The position numbers were made by a program, and so were the translations under genes. Below the pieces are notes generated by a model that worked only from the letters and a program-made list of their open reading frames with translations, was not told the DNA's origin and did not search any database. DNA of 63,876 bases, the filler included, from Candidatus Tectimicrobiota bacterium (GTDB lineage Bacteria > JACPSX01): NCBI GenBank assembly GCA_016193065.1. It is 7 parts of 7 records of this genome, joined end to end, with 100 filler letters (N's around TTAATTAATTAA, not from the genome) between each part and the next. Parts side by side here need not be neighbours in the genome. Positions count along the whole stretch, not along the records: positions 61,318 to 63,876 come from JACPSX010000011.1; 6 more parts are not named here. One strand, written 5' to 3'. Positions 62,899 through 63,876 of this stretch are shown here, piece by piece (positions within the stretch are counted from its first letter, which is position 1; each line of letters starts with the position of its first letter).

Positions 62899-63633
62899 TC
62901 AGGTAAATCTGAATAGGTGCCGAATCGTTGCAGTATCCTGATGCAGCCCGAGATGTGTGAAGAGGGAGACACGCATATGTGCAGCAACTTGATCTGGGGC
63001 TGCGTTTAAGGTCTGGGTGATTTCCGAGCTAATCCGCCCCCCGACCTCCGCGCATTCTCTGAGGGACACTCCCTCAAACAACTCAAGGAGTGAGTCCCTT
63101 GCGGGTGAGGGCGCACCAAGGAGAGACGCTCGAACGTGGGTAAGAGTAAGCTTCACCCTCCACTCCAATGTGAATTGTCCCGATCGGTACACCTGTGGAA
63201 TACGATCAAGCAATCCACCCCTCAGGAGGTCCGCGGCCTTGACGAACGTCGGTTCCAACTCGCTCTTAGGATCAAGCCCTACACTCTCCAGATATGGGAA
63301 AAATGCGTACTCATCAAAGTAGCCCCCGAGGGCTCTGAGGGCATCATCATACCCCTCCGCGACCGCGAGCCTTTGGGGCTCAATAACAGGGTATCCCCTC
63401 GTCCACCTGTGGAGGTGCAAAATCTCTTCGCTAATCACGTTCAAATTGGATCGGGAATGTGGAGGGAGTTCCACAAACCCTTCAGGGTCGGCTCTTCCGC
63501 CTGCGGAAACTCCAAGATCAGGAACCAAAAAGAACGGGACACGCCGCAGATAAACTTCTTCAACCTGATCCAGCAAGGCTGCAATCTCCACGGGGAGCCT
63601 GGAGCGAACTTCGTCATAAATGTCTGTTCGCAT
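62899..63633 (-). CDS. Hypothetical protein with zincin-like EExxH motif
   Basis: 244 aa from ATG 63633; VISEEILHLHRW..GYP; downstream FDEY; frame is also open further upstream. Confidence 0.6.
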   Translation of the reverse strand: MRTDIYDEVRSRLPVEIAALLDQVEEVYLRRVPFFLVPDLGVSAGGRADPEGFVELPPHSRSNLNVISEEILHLHRWTRGYPVIEPQRLAVAEGYDDALRALGGYFDEYAFFPYLESVGLDPKSELEPTFVKAADLLRGGLLDRIPQVYRSGQFTLEWRVKLTLTHVRASLLGAPSPARDSLLELFEGVSLRECAEVGGRISSEITQTLNAAPDQVAAHMRVSLFTHLGLHQDTATIRHLFRFT

Positions 63634-63876
63634 CTGAGGGCACACAGTTGCCTCATGCGGCGGGACGAAGTGCGCCGAGTTCAGTGACAATGCCGCCGGG
63701 GGCATGCCATGGGACCCTACCCGGCCTCCGTTCCACCCCACCCCCGCTTCCGGGAATCCTCCCGGGACGTGCTTCCGGTACAGGACGCCGAAGGGCTCCG
63801 CGGCCAATGCCTCGGGCTGGCCGTGTCTCGTCGCGAACGGAAGGCCGGGGACGAGCTGCTCACAAAACTTCGTGTA

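Overview
This window is not one locus. It is seven contigs of a draft or metagenome-assembled bacterial genome joined by N44-TTAATTAATTAA-N44 linkers, plus one 29-N scaffold gap, so adjacency across linkers means nothing. The organism is GC-rich and probably a diderm anaerobe or facultative anaerobe (Deltaproteobacteria-, Nitrospinae-, Tectomicrobia- or NC10-like gene content; lineage not determinable here). Contig 1 carries a LIV-type ABC importer with TetR, two Cys-rich PAS proteins (one fused to LuxR), and a sigma54-promoter operon for a split b6-type Rieske/cytochrome b complex with an octaheme and a monoheme cytochrome c. That operon ends in a hidden membrane-anchored selenoprotein (CYCxC/PCYCGC family, in-frame UGA giving U-x-x-C, followed by a SECIS-like hairpin), then a rubrerythrin-like gene, maeB and korCBA. 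Contig 2 has polX and an MdlAB-type exporter. Contig 3 is a selenium cluster (selB, nfi, a Phn-like putative selenate ABC transporter, Sec-containing selD) interrupted by an AT-rich three-gene HicA/HicB-extension/small-protein module and an XRE regulator. Contig 4 has a GT2, a candidate structured ncRNA, an aminotransferase, thiL, then clpB-dnaK-dnaJ-dacZ-htpX with HAIR-like operators, rpoZ and a Gld-like ABC system. Contigs 5-7 are accessory: the acnA tail, a cupin, a vapBC remnant, a damaged HAO-family cytochrome, TA remnants, a MITE, three copies of a 43-bp promoter-bearing repeat, an orphan encapsulin-type ferritin, a V8-like protease, an MFS fragment, DUF429 and hypotheticals. Several genes carry microhomology-bounded internal deletions that look like assembly artefacts.
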